Made by a program: the position numbers and the translations under genes
In this document: positions 14,846 through 23,974 of the stretch, one piece after another
Layout: each line of letters begins with the position of its first letter
How positions within the stretch are numbered: position 1 is the stretch's first letter
Notes under the pieces: model-generated
What the model was told of the DNA's origin: nothing
Seen by the model: the letters and a program-made list of their open reading frames with translations, nothing else
Databases searched by the model: none
Origin: a virus
Taxonomy: Duplodnaviria > Caudoviricetes
IMG/VR virus record: IMGVR_UViG_3300032232_001192
Location: 1 to 43,563 of that record
Reading direction: 5' to 3' (one strand)
Length of the DNA stretch: 43,563 bases

Positions 14846-16035
14846 AACCGATCGAGTTTTTATTGCCTGTTGAGATTCAGACCACTAGATCCTTTTACAG
14901 CTATGTGGTACCCAACGAGTACGTATTCAGTCATGTTGACCAGGCATTGCGGGGATTTTCCATCCTCCCCACTACAGTATTCTAGTTTACGCTAGCTGTA
15001 CGGATTTAAGTGTTTGGTAGCCCGGTTGACTCCGGGGAAAGTTAGTTTACGGCAACTTCAATCTATCACGTCTGGACTATTAGGCTCCATCTACCCACTG
15101 GTTTTGGTACGCAAGGGGAGAGTCGTAAAACACTCGGTATTGCGGTTTGTTTGACCAACTAGATTTAATTAAACCGTTTACAAGTACAGGCTGTAACTGA
15201 CCTCAGGCACGGATTTTGATGACAGCCGTTGCGTACACAAGTGCAGAGGCTTCGGGCAAGTCTGACGCTACCACACATGATGCGTGTGTATCACAATTAG
15301 TTGGTCATGCTGATTTCATTTTGTAGTCGTTATCAGCAAAGTGACTAGAACATCATTCAGGTTTAGTTCTTACCGTCTCCTAAATCGTAGCGGACTCCGC
15401 TTTTCGGATTCTATATACATCCCTGTAAGGGGAAACGATTTCGGTACTAGATGTTCAATCCTTGTACCAATTCGCTAGTGGGATTCCAGACCCACATTAC
15501 AGGAGTTATTCCTGCTCTTGTTGTTCAGTGTTTGTGGCACTGAGTTAGAAGATAGCTGTATTTAAGGACCTCTTTGTCTGCGAGTTTAACGTCACCTCAC
15601 CGTGGACGAAAGCGTTTACCGTAGCCTGAAAGAAGCTGGTGTGGGTAATGTATTAACCAACATAAGTTGGCCCTCACCATCGATAGCTTAGGGAGTAAAC
15701 CTGTCTGCCGAAACCCCAACAGTACAATCTACGAATTAAACACTTTAGGATTTGGAGAGTAGTGGTTCTACTTTATCTTCGACTGTACCATTTGTTCAGT
15801 TCGACAACGCATAGGGATCAGAGTGTGCCGACTCCAACCACCTAGGATCTAGTTTGGCAATGGGCTAGGTTTACACGATATTCGAAACCAACTGCCACGG
15901 GGCATCTGTGGTTTCTCCAAATTCTAAAGGGTTTGTAGAGGGCTGACACTCGGTGGTGTAACTTCTTGTCAATTAAGTCGTATCACATAGCAGTAATATA
16001 TCGCTGTGACCGCTGACACCCTTTTATCAACGATA
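14846..16035 (-). ncRNA. candidate ~1.2 kb structured non-coding RNA
   Basis: No minus-strand ORF of 60 aa or more; bounded by promoter (16070-16042) and terminator (14845-14808); nested long-range stems. Confidence 0.65.
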
Positions 16036-16041
16036 GAATCT

Positions 16042-16070
16042 ATTATACACTAATGGGTAGTTTCAATCAA
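16042..16070 (-). promoter_or_regulatory. sigma70-type promoter
   Basis: TTGATT-N17-TATAAT with AT-rich upstream element. Confidence 0.7.
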
Positions 16071-16085
16071 GTGTAAATTTTAATA

Positions 16086-16218
16086 TGGTGAGTGGCTTCG
16101 ACCACTCTTGTCAGCCCCTTCCTGGACCTGTCTTTAGCGTGCTGCAGGCTTGCTGAGGACTATCGGTTGCTCCATTTAGCTGAACGCCTCTTGGCGGTAC
16201 TCTTGCGACATTCTGTAT
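16086..16218 (-). ncRNA. putative CCA-terminated small RNA
   Basis: Ends GAGTGG-TCGAAG-CCACTC-ACCA; not a cloverleaf; ORF-free. Confidence 0.45.
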
Positions 16219-16343
16219 TACCATAGTTTAACACACTGCACTATCTAGATGGATCAGTAGCTGTATCGGCCGATTATCTACTATCCCCACCCTACGCTCC
16301 CGTGGACCTTTGGGAATGGCTTGCAGTATGCTAAACTATGGTA
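16219..16343 (-). ncRNA. putative small RNA closed by a 22-bp stem
   Basis: TACCATAGTTTAGCATACTGCA / TGCAGTGTGTTAAACTATGGTA with two G.U pairs on the minus strand. Confidence 0.55.
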
Positions 16344-16413
16344 CCCCTACGGAGAATCGAACTCCGATTACTGGAATGAAAATCCAGCGTCCTGACCGTT
16401 AGACGATAGGGGC
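16339..16413 (-). tRNA. tRNA-Glu(TTC)
   Basis: GCCCCTA/TAGGGGT-A-CCA, D-arm GTCTAACGGTCAGGAC, CTGGA-TTTTCAT-TCCAG. Confidence 0.92.
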
Positions 16414-16640
16414 AGTGCGCTGGTTACGTCTCCAGCGTGACAGAGCCAATCACCGCGACAACCAGGTATATTAGGATCACACCCCCATGGCTAGTGGGTA
16501 GCGGGCATTTGACGCATACCTGCGGTCAACGCTGAGGCGGTTGACATACCCTAAAAGTGGGCGGCGACTAAAGGGCATTGTTCCTTCGCCATTAAGATGC
16601 TATCCAGTTAATACTGGTCTTATATCACCCAACAAACTAT

Positions 16641-16694
16641 ATTATACAGGGTTGACAATCACAATACAAGATCAAAATTGTCAACCCTGTATAA
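16641..16694 (-). promoter_or_regulatory. promoter embedded in an 18-bp perfect inverted repeat
   Basis: TTGTAT-N17-TATAAT inside TTATACAGGGTTGACAAT...ATTGTCAACCCTGTATAA. Confidence 0.6.
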
Positions 16695-16863
16695 CAGGGG
16701 CTGAAACTACAACCTAACAGGTTAACGACTCCGTGCCGGTAAATAGCTTGTCGAAGCTCTACAATTCTCTAGTGACTTTCTGCCTATAACCCAAGTTGTT
16801 GTCTTGTAGTCAGTCAGACGGGGCCTTCAATGAACAGTATTTACTTCTATCAACAGAAAGATT

Positions 16864-16892
16864 ATTATATGATAAAAGGGTTTGATGTTCAA
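16864..16892 (-). promoter_or_regulatory. sigma70-type promoter
   Basis: TTGAAC-N17-TATAAT. Confidence 0.7.
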
Positions 16893-16903
16893 GCCAAAAT
16901 TTA

Positions 16904-17092
16904 TCAATCTGTAAACAAGATCTTGTTCAAACCTTCGGCTTTGAGTTGTGCCATGTCGATATCTACCACTTGGAAACCCACAATCTTTTCGCCAGGCTCC
17001 AACACGTCGTCTACATGAGCCAGCAAGAAGTCACCATATACGTCTTCTGGAAATTCCATAATAAATGTTGCTTTTACCATCTTGGTTTTCAT
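16904..17092 (-). CDS. hypothetical protein
   Basis: MKTKMVKATF... with GGAG RBS; upstream promoter. Confidence 0.7.
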   Translation of the reverse strand: MKTKMVKATFIMEFPEDVYGDFLLAHVDDVLEPGEKIVGFQVVDIDMAQLKAEGLNKILFTD

Positions 17093-17408
17093 GTGTGTTC
17101 TCCGAATCGATAAATCTATTATGCCACAGTGGGCACCACACTTCAAATTCAAAATCTTTGATGTAGTGAGATAGCCAAAACCTTTTTGGATACCAACGAT
17201 TCAACAAATTCCACAACCGTTGGTATCGGTAGAAGCCGGTCCTTACCTTCGCCATCGAATAAATCTATTATGCCACTTTGGCCTCGGCCCTTCAAGAAAA
17301 TATTTTTAGAGTTCAACGCAAGCCTCGTTGGCGCCGCAGGCAAGAAATTTTTGGCTTGCCTTACCCCAGCTTTTGTTATATAATAATCCTCCAACTGTGA
17401 GATTTTCT

Positions 17409-17594
17409 ATGATTCAACAAGAGTTACGAAGCCCCCTCAAAACCTTTCAAGTACAACCAGACGGCACAGAAACAGTCGAGCTTAGACCACCAACAAGCTT
17501 GATGTTACGAGCGGCCAACCACATAGACCAACTTACAAGAACTATTGAAGTCCTACAAATTGAATTGAGCAACATCAAAGGCGGTGTACAATGA
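17409..17594 (+). CDS. hypothetical protein, first gene of the plus-strand early block
   Basis: Follows promoter TTGCCT-N17-TATAAT (~17356-17384); coupled to the next ORF. Confidence 0.6.
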   Translation: MIQQELRSPLKTFQVQPDGTETVELRPPTSLMLRAANHIDQLTRTIEVLQIELSNIKGGVQ

Positions 17595-17779
17595 GTTATG
17601 TATTTGACCAGGATCAATTGGAAAACATCAAGTGGTGCATTGACAACCACAGCGTTCAAGATGCTTTTCGTGTAGTAAATCATCTAGAACCAAGTGACAC
17701 AATCCCAGTGGATGATGTGGTAGACTTCAATCAACAATTCAACTCTCAATACACTCAGACATTTGGGTGCGGTTACTGA
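17591..17779 (+). CDS. hypothetical protein
   Basis: ATGA overlap. Confidence 0.65.
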   Translation: MSYVFDQDQLENIKWCIDNHSVQDAFRVVNHLEPSDTIPVDDVVDFNQQFNSQYTQTFGCGY

Positions 17780-18003
17780 TGAATAAAACACTTTATAACA
17801 AAACCATGGAGCTGGCTCGTCGTGCAGACTTTGCTTTCTGGGATGGCGAGACTTGGGCCCCCGAACTTCAGGCAATCGACTGGAGCAGCGACTATGATGA
17901 CAATCTGGTAGAACTTGTACGGCTGGCAGTTCGTGAGTGCGCAGAAATAGCCAGTGCGGACAGCAGAACCAAGATTTTAGAACGCTTTGGCATGGCCCGA
18001 TAA
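17779..18003 (+). CDS. hypothetical protein
   Basis: TGATG overlap; LAVRECAEIA motif similar to the 22.3-23.4 kb family. Confidence 0.65.
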   Translation: MNKTLYNKTMELARRADFAFWDGETWAPELQAIDWSSDYDDNLVELVRLAVRECAEIASADSRTKILERFGMAR

Positions 18004-18045
18004 TCTACACTTGTTTGTCTCAGTCAAACATCATATAATAGTTTC

Positions 18046-18252
18046 ATGACAACACACTACTGCATTAACTGTTCAGATGACGTCAACCCCAATCGCTGGG
18101 CCATTGGCTTCAAAACGTGCTTGGCTTGTGGTGAGGCATTAGCCCGTACAATCCGGCACACCATCGTGCCTCTAGCAAAAAGCAATTACGTTGCTATAAC
18201 AGATCCAAGTATGCTCAAGCAGCTCAACAAGTATTCTAATCATTCAATATAG
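18046..18252 (+). CDS. DksA/TraR-type C4 zinc-finger protein
   Basis: CINC.DDVNPNR....KTCLAC spacing of the TraR/DksA finger. Confidence 0.55.
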   Translation: MTTHYCINCSDDVNPNRWAIGFKTCLACGEALARTIRHTIVPLAKSNYVAITDPSMLKQLNKYSNHSI

Positions 18253-19111
18253 TCCAGTCTTTGTAAGATTTGGTTTTGCCATTACATAGATCTAAAAAGC
18301 TTGCTTTTCTTAAATTATTGTTTCTGGCAAACTCAGTTCTATTTAGTACCAAGTAATGCTGCCCTGCTGGACTTACTACAGTTAGTTGTTCTTTATGTTT
18401 TCGCAACTTAGAAGCAATCAACATATCATTATACTCTTTTGGATATATCGTTTTTAATTCTGTGTAAGAGTATCCTCCAGCTATGCTTTGTATAACTGTT
18501 TGCGGAATATCTGTTATTTCCGCTATTTCTCTATGCGGTAATTTTGACATACCAAGATAGACTAATATCTCAAATATCTGTTCTTCAGTATATTTTTTAG
18601 GTATTGCTTTTTGTCTTTGATTCTTTAGTGTTAGTATTTTGTGATATACATCAGGCACAGAGCTTTCTAGCCAACCATGTGCTTCACCCATACTAATCGC
18701 GGCTATAGTAGATGCTTTTACTCCAGTTATTGATTCTATATCCTTAAACGGCATATTTCTGTCTGATAACATTTCAGCTACTAAAAGTATTGCCTCTTTG
18801 GAGTATTTTTTATTGTGATGTGGAATACTATCAGGGTCACTCAAGCCGTCTATGGGAGCCAAGTTAACAACAACTAGAGTTTCTGCGTCAACATAGTGAA
18901 ACTCCCTTTCATTCAGCTTTTCTATGTCACACTGTTCCAACACAATAAATTCTGGAGTGCCAAATCTTTCAAAAAGATTTAGAATATTTTTATTGTGATG
19001 TTTACCAGACGACATACCATAGATATGCTGTTTCTTGCGTCTTTCTAGATTTATACTCTGTCCTATGTACGCATACTGATTATTAAATACTAATTTGTAT
19101 ATACCTATCAT
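18236..19111 (-). mobile_element. free-standing GIY-YIG homing endonuclease
   Basis: MIGIYKL...YIGQS..LERRK.QH; two HTH-like repeats; AT-rich and inverted relative to flanking genes. Confidence 0.85.
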
Positions 19112-19207
19112 AAATTTCCCTCCAAACACTAATAAGTTTTATGAATAGGTACATTATACAATATTGCAGTATAAAAATCAATAGCAATTTTTGAAAGCTA
19201 TAGTTAA

Positions 19208-19573
19208 ATGAAACCAGAACTTGACAAACAACTCACCCAAGCATTTCCTGAAATCTTTCAGCCACGGTTTATGAAAAACCATCGTGAACATCCATTGGAG
19301 TACTGGGGGTTTGAGTGCGGTGATGGCTGGTACAAAATTATCTACGACCTGTGTACAGAACTGATGAGTGTACCGGCACCAGCTCCGATAGCAGCTCAGG
19401 TCAAGGAAAAGTACGGTACGCTCCGATTCTATATTGATCAGGGCACTAATGAGCACCACAACATCATTGACCACTACGAACACCTTAGTGCTAAGACGTG
19501 TGAGGTGTGTGGAGCTGAGGGCAGGATCAGGCCAGGTGGTTGGATCAGAACCCTGTGTGAAGAACATAACTAA
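19208..19573 (+). CDS. conserved phage hypothetical protein
   Basis: FECGDGW...QVKEKYGTLRFY...TCEVCG. Confidence 0.8.
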   Translation: MKPELDKQLTQAFPEIFQPRFMKNHREHPLEYWGFECGDGWYKIIYDLCTELMSVPAPAPIAAQVKEKYGTLRFYIDQGTNEHHNIIDHYEHLSAKTCEVCGAEGRIRPGGWIRTLCEEHN

Positions 19574-19587
19574 ACAAGGCGTAACAA

Positions 19588-19800
19588 ATGAAGTGGTTTA
19601 AGAAGGCAATCGGTCAACCTGACTGGAATACTCAAGCACAGCTAGAGTTGGAAGAAGCTCGTCAAGCATTGCTGCGAAGCGAAACTGCCTTGGATTGGGC
19701 ACAGGCAAACTGTGACTACAACTACAATCGCATTGAGCGATTGGAAAAGAGGCTAAAAGATGAAATGCAATCAAACCTGCAATCAGGGCAGAACCTGTGA
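19588..19800 (+). CDS. hypothetical coiled-coil protein
   Basis: 70 aa ORF in operon. Confidence 0.6.
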   Translation: MKWFKKAIGQPDWNTQAQLELEEARQALLRSETALDWAQANCDYNYNRIERLEKRLKDEMQSNLQSGQNL

Positions 19801-20272
19801 CTGCTATGAGGGAACACCCCAACCACAATGGAGCTGGATGTGGGCTTGGCTAGCTGTGGCCGGGTTTGTGTTGGGGATCAGTTGGGCTATGATTGGCACG
19901 GCTCATGCTAAGGCAGAGACTTATCAACAAAAGGTTCGTTGTTTGAGCGAGGTGGTGTACCACGAGGCCCGAGGCGAGACTTACCGTGGTCAACTGGCAG
20001 TGGCACAAACTGTGTTGAACCGGGTCAAAAGTTCTCGTTTTCCCAACCATGTCTGCACAGTAGTATTTCAGAAAGGCCAGTTCTCTTGGACTAAGAACTG
20101 GAACAAGAGCTGGAATGCAGATCAAGGCAGTATCCAAGTGGCCAGAGTAGCCCTAATGGGATCCCACTCCATGAAGGACTTCAAAGCCCTCTACTTTCAC
20201 AATACAAATGTAAACCCCAACTGGAATCGTAAGCGGTTAACAACCATTGGCAATCACGTATTTTACCTATGA
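19760..20272 (+). CDS. SleB-like cell wall hydrolase (Hydrolase_2)
   Basis: CLSEVVYHEARGE...VLNRV..RFPN.VC.VV.Q..QFSW...IGNHVFY; N-terminal TM/signal segment. Confidence 0.9.
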   Translation: MKCNQTCNQGRTCDCYEGTPQPQWSWMWAWLAVAGFVLGISWAMIGTAHAKAETYQQKVRCLSEVVYHEARGETYRGQLAVAQTVLNRVKSSRFPNHVCTVVFQKGQFSWTKNWNKSWNADQGSIQVARVALMGSHSMKDFKALYFHNTNVNPNWNRKRLTTIGNHVFYL

Positions 20273-20454
20273 ACAAGAATATCAAAAAGGCAGTCATCAA
20301 CCAACAAGTACTCGAAAAGCTGGGTACTGGTGACGAGTTCCTACAAGAAGTGGCTCAAGAAGTCAAACCCAGCCGCATTGATTCGCGCCGGCAAAAGGCT
20401 GAACAACATGAACAGCGTAAGGCTCGTAAGAGGCTGTTTGATGACTATCATTGA
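20269..20454 (+). CDS. hypothetical protein
   Basis: ATGA overlap. Confidence 0.6.
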   Translation: MNKNIKKAVINQQVLEKLGTGDEFLQEVAQEVKPSRIDSRRQKAEQHEQRKARKRLFDDYH

Positions 20455-20842
20455 TTACCCCATTCGTTTGAGCTGCGGTCACGGCGTACACGACATAGAC
20501 GACGGCTACCCAGCAACCACCAAGGACTGGACACAAGATCAGTATGGTACACACCGTGCACTTCGTCATGGCACTGTTTGCAGCGACTGCCTAGCCCACT
20601 ATCGTGAGCACGGTGTGTTATTTGAGTCCGATGAAGTTGCGGTAGACTGGTTACTATCCGACAACAATGAAGTTGCGGTAGACTGTGTGACAGAAGACGA
20701 CATTGTGTATCGCCTACAAAAACGTGCCCAAATACGTCGACAAATTCCAGATCGCAAGAGTGTGGTGGAGGGCAAGCCTGACCGTATTGCAGAGTTGCTG
20801 GAAGAAGCGGCTGCTACGATCATTCAATTGCGAGGCTATTGA
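20441..20842 (+). CDS. hypothetical protein
   Basis: Start at ATG 20441; YRLQKRAQIRRQIPDRKSVVEGKPDRIAELLEEAA. Confidence 0.65.
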   Translation: MTIIDYPIRLSCGHGVHDIDDGYPATTKDWTQDQYGTHRALRHGTVCSDCLAHYREHGVLFESDEVAVDWLLSDNNEVAVDCVTEDDIVYRLQKRAQIRRQIPDRKSVVEGKPDRIAELLEEAAATIIQLRGY

Positions 20843-21213
20843 ACAGGGGAAACAGCTCAAAAATTATTGAGTTGTTTCCCCTTTTGTTTTGCGTTATAAT
20901 GTTTTATAAACAGTTGAGAAAACCCATGGAATACTTATACTTTGTATTATACATAGTCACAGCCTACATAGCCGGTTTTTGTGGTCGTGATAAAAACTAT
21001 CAAGACATGTGGTGTTTTGTTGCCATTAGTTTCTTATTCTTTGCACTGTGGTTGGACAAGATCCAATGAAGTACATCTTTAAAAAACGATTTAACTGGTT
21101 TGACCTATTTGTAGTACTACTTGCACCCATCATATACAACCACATTGGCTGGTGGGTATTGAGTTGTGTACTAGTTCTCACTGTTGTCAGTGAAATGTTA
21201 ACCCGAATTTTTG

Positions 21214-21411
21214 ATGCTTACTAAAATGAAAAAACACGAATTAAACGATGTACTTTACAGGATGCTGGGGTCAGAAGACCTAGTATCACAGTGGTGGCAC
21301 TCACCCAACAAGTTCTGGGATGGTAGTACGCCCTACCATGTATGGACTCAAGATCCACTAGCAGTTGAACGTTATATCATGAGCTTTGCCAGAACAGGAG
21401 ATTATTCATGA
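21214..21411 (+). CDS. Xre/MbcA/ParS antitoxin C-terminal domain-like protein (DUF2384-like)
   Basis: LGSEDLVSQWWHSPNKFWDGSTPY...VERYI pattern. Confidence 0.55.
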   Translation: MLTKMKKHELNDVLYRMLGSEDLVSQWWHSPNKFWDGSTPYHVWTQDPLAVERYIMSFARTGDYS

Positions 21412-21611
21412 AACCAAAAGTCTACCCGGTGTTGGAAATGGCTGTAGAAGACGGTGTACACTATGGTATCAACCGTGCCTACAAGTATACAGACGATCCA
21501 AGCCGTGAACAGATCATCGCAGAGGTCAGAGATGCAGTAATGAATTCACTCTGTGAGTGGTTCGACATGAGTGATAAAGACCGTGAACTCCACTCTGACG
21601 CCCTGTCGTAG
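21408..21611 (+). CDS. hypothetical protein
   Basis: ATGA overlap, GGAG RBS. Confidence 0.7.
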   Translation: MKPKVYPVLEMAVEDGVHYGINRAYKYTDDPSREQIIAEVRDAVMNSLCEWFDMSDKDRELHSDALS

Positions 21612-21774
21612 GATTTGTAACTTAGATCCACTCCGAACCTTCTGTCTAGGCTGTCACCGGACGTTGGTGGAGATTGCAGAGTGGAATAGTTACACTGATG
21701 AACACAAATTGAAAATAATGAGAGAACTAGGATGTACGATCCCGATTACACACCAGACTGTTGGAAAATTGTAG
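21571..21774 (+). CDS. DUF1289-like Cys-rich protein
   Basis: TPCRRICNLD...FCLGCHRTLVEIAEW. Confidence 0.75.
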   Translation: MIKTVNSTLTPCRRICNLDPLRTFCLGCHRTLVEIAEWNSYTDEHKLKIMRELGCTIPITHQTVGKL

Positions 21775-22043
21775 AGTTGAAGAACGTTGCCACAGGTGAG
21801 ACTCACAAACGGATACTGTGCTCATGGTTCGGTGGCTACCTTGACGGTGGCAGCTGGAAGCTATCGAGTGGTAACTTGGAAGTGGTCGACCACGGTAACC
21901 ACTGGGTGGTACCACAACACAGCGGGTCGGTGTACCAGCTATACAAAAACCGTGAAAAGGTGAGTGGCATGATGGAAAACGTGTTCAACAGCTTTGAACG
22001 AAAGCCACAGGACGTGGTAACCATGAACTGGAGTAACCTATAA
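21732..22043 (+). CDS. conserved phage hypothetical protein
   Basis: YTPDCW...W.GGYLDG.SWKLSSG...SGSVY. Confidence 0.75.
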   Translation: MYDPDYTPDCWKIVELKNVATGETHKRILCSWFGGYLDGGSWKLSSGNLEVVDHGNHWVVPQHSGSVYQLYKNREKVSGMMENVFNSFERKPQDVVTMNWSNL

Positions 22044-22237
22044 TGTTTAAGAAACGTTACCGTATTGTTACAGACCGGTATCTGGGCTATGAAGTTCAGG
22101 TGAAGAACTGGTGGTGGCCACTCTGGTATATGCCGGTCCTCAATACCAACTGGACCATTGAAGAAGCCAAGCAACTGGTAGACCGGTTGAAGGAAAAAGA
22201 CAGCTGGAATCGACAAACTGTCTTGACCATTGAATAA
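22043..22237 (+). CDS. hypothetical protein
   Basis: TAATG overlap. Confidence 0.65.
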   Translation: MFKKRYRIVTDRYLGYEVQVKNWWWPLWYMPVLNTNWTIEEAKQLVDRLKEKDSWNRQTVLTIE

Positions 22238-22325
22238 CGTAGGGGCACACAACGTTAAAAATTTTGACGTTGTGTGCCTTTTTGTTTTGGGCTATAATGT
22301 TTTATTAAACAATGAAAGACCAACC

Positions 22326-23407
22326 ATGAACAACCGAATTTTTGAATTGGCCAACCAAGTTTTGCCACGAGAAACTGAATTTCATCAAGGCGATCCCAAG
22401 GAATATGCTTACTTCTTTGCAAGCCATGAACTGCAACAGTTCGCCGAGTTGATTGTCAAGGAATGTGCCCTTGTTGCTGGAATAATGGAACACGAGGGCC
22501 GAGCTGGTATTGGTAAGCAGATCCTGGACAGTTTTGAGGTTGAATGATGAACCCACGAATTCAAGAACTGATGGAACAGGCAATGGAACTGGTTGATCCA
22601 TATGCCCTAGAAGGTGAGTTTGGTCCCCGGCAGTTGAACGCAGAAAAGTTCGCCGAGTTGATTGTCAAGGAATGTATTCAATTTTGTGGTCATCCTGACA
22701 GCATTCGTGTTAAATCAATGAAAAGTCATTTCGGAGTTGAATGATGAACCCACGAATTCGAGAACTAATGGTACAAGCTGGCTATGCAGCTCCCGAACTT
22801 GCTGGTCGGGCCCACCGTCTCGTCGAACTGATTAGTCAACATACTATCAGTATAGTGGCCATGTATGGTGTTCACAACTATGACAATGAAGACGTTGCTT
22901 GGATCTGTGAACGAATTGTTGAGGAAATCAAAGAAACTTTTGGAGAACAAACATGACTGACCGTATCCAAGAATTGATGGATCTTTGCTGGGATCCTGGC
23001 CGTGGAGTGGTCAACCCTCGCAAGTTGGCCTACTGTGTGATCAAGGAATATGAAAAGTTGCTGCCAGAAACATGCACCTGGAACGGTCTAGCAGACAGTC
23101 CTATGAAGGGTTGTCATGTTGCTTTTGTGGCACGTAAACATTTTGGGATCCAACCATGAATGTGGACCTAATAGAAACCTTCTCCGAAATGGCAGATGGT
23201 TATGCAGACTTGAAGACCTCCATGCCGGGTGAATACCACCCAGACTGGCATCAACTCCGTGATACACGCTTTCTTGAACTGGTCCTAACAGATGTAATCG
23301 ACATTTTAGCCAGCTATCGCACCAAGGTGGTATTCTATGACGGTATCGAACACAATTGCCAACACCCCATCCATGCAATCAAAACCCACTTTGGAGTGAA
23401 CTCATGA
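22326..23407 (+). repeat. tandem array of five paralogous small CDSs (22326-22547, 22544-22744, 22741-22956, 22953-23159, 23156-23407)
   Basis: Shared MN.RI.EL...FAELIVKEC...FG.. pattern; DNA repeats AGTTCGCCGAGTTGATTGTCAAGGAATGT and GTTGAATGATGAACCCACGAATTC. Confidence 0.75.
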
Positions 23408-23748
23408 GCGGCGGATCAATGAACTACCTTTACCGGAAGTTGCTGTGGGAGTGCGACTTTGACGAAACCACACCACTGCGTGAGGCCTTTAGCCGTCACT
23501 TAATCAAAGTTGCGGCTGCTTTAAAGGCTGTGGAGTGGGTTGACAGTGGTGACTGGAGTCCGGGTGATGAGGACCAAGCAATCGCTGAAGTTCTAGGGTC
23601 AGGCTGGAAGAGTCTGACAGACGAACAGTTGCTGTACATTTACAACGAACTACCAAACTGGGGGATGGATATGGACAGCCTGTCACCAAAGCTAAAGCAG
23701 TTCGCCCGCGCCATTGAGGCCGCTTTAAGGAGCAAGAACCATGAGTAA
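23404..23748 (+). CDS. hypothetical protein
   Basis: MSGGSMNYLY...EWVDSGD; ATGA overlap. Confidence 0.65.
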   Translation: MSGGSMNYLYRKLLWECDFDETTPLREAFSRHLIKVAAALKAVEWVDSGDWSPGDEDQAIAEVLGSGWKSLTDEQLLYIYNELPNWGMDMDSLSPKLKQFARAIEAALRSKNHE

Positions 23749-23974
23749 CCAACCAAAAGCCCTGCGACTGGCTGATGAACTGGCCGACTACACCGGCTTT
23801 ACCGTGGCGGGAATGGATCAAGCCGCAGCCGAACTGCGTCGGTTGCATGAACTCAATCAGGAACTGCTGAAGGCGTTGAAACTCATCGCATCCACTGAAA
23901 ACTCAGCCCTTGATCTGGCGTATTGCAAAGGCATTGCCCGCGCCGCCATCGCTAAAGCCGAAGGAAAAGTATGA
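23741..23974 (+). CDS. hypothetical protein
   Basis: ALRLADEL...AAAELRRLH...ARAAIAKA; AGGAG RBS. Confidence 0.7.
   Translation: MSNQPKALRLADELADYTGFTVAGMDQAAAELRRLHELNQELLKALKLIASTENSALDLAYCKGIARAAIAKAEGKV

Noticed and set aside
14648-14995. 115-aa plus-strand ORF reaching into the RNA island
   Set aside because: Crosses a terminator and is antisense to the local transcription direction
14846-16035. Group I/II intron or RNase P identity for the large RNA
   Set aside because: No interrupted gene and no domain V, P7 or P4 consensus recognised by eye; a model search is still needed
16339-16413. tRNA-Phe reading (GAA on the plus strand)
   Set aside because: The gene is on the minus strand; the anticodon is TTC with a Glu-type D-arm
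17149-17394. 81-aa minus-strand ORF
   Set aside because: Spans divergent promoter elements; likely spurious
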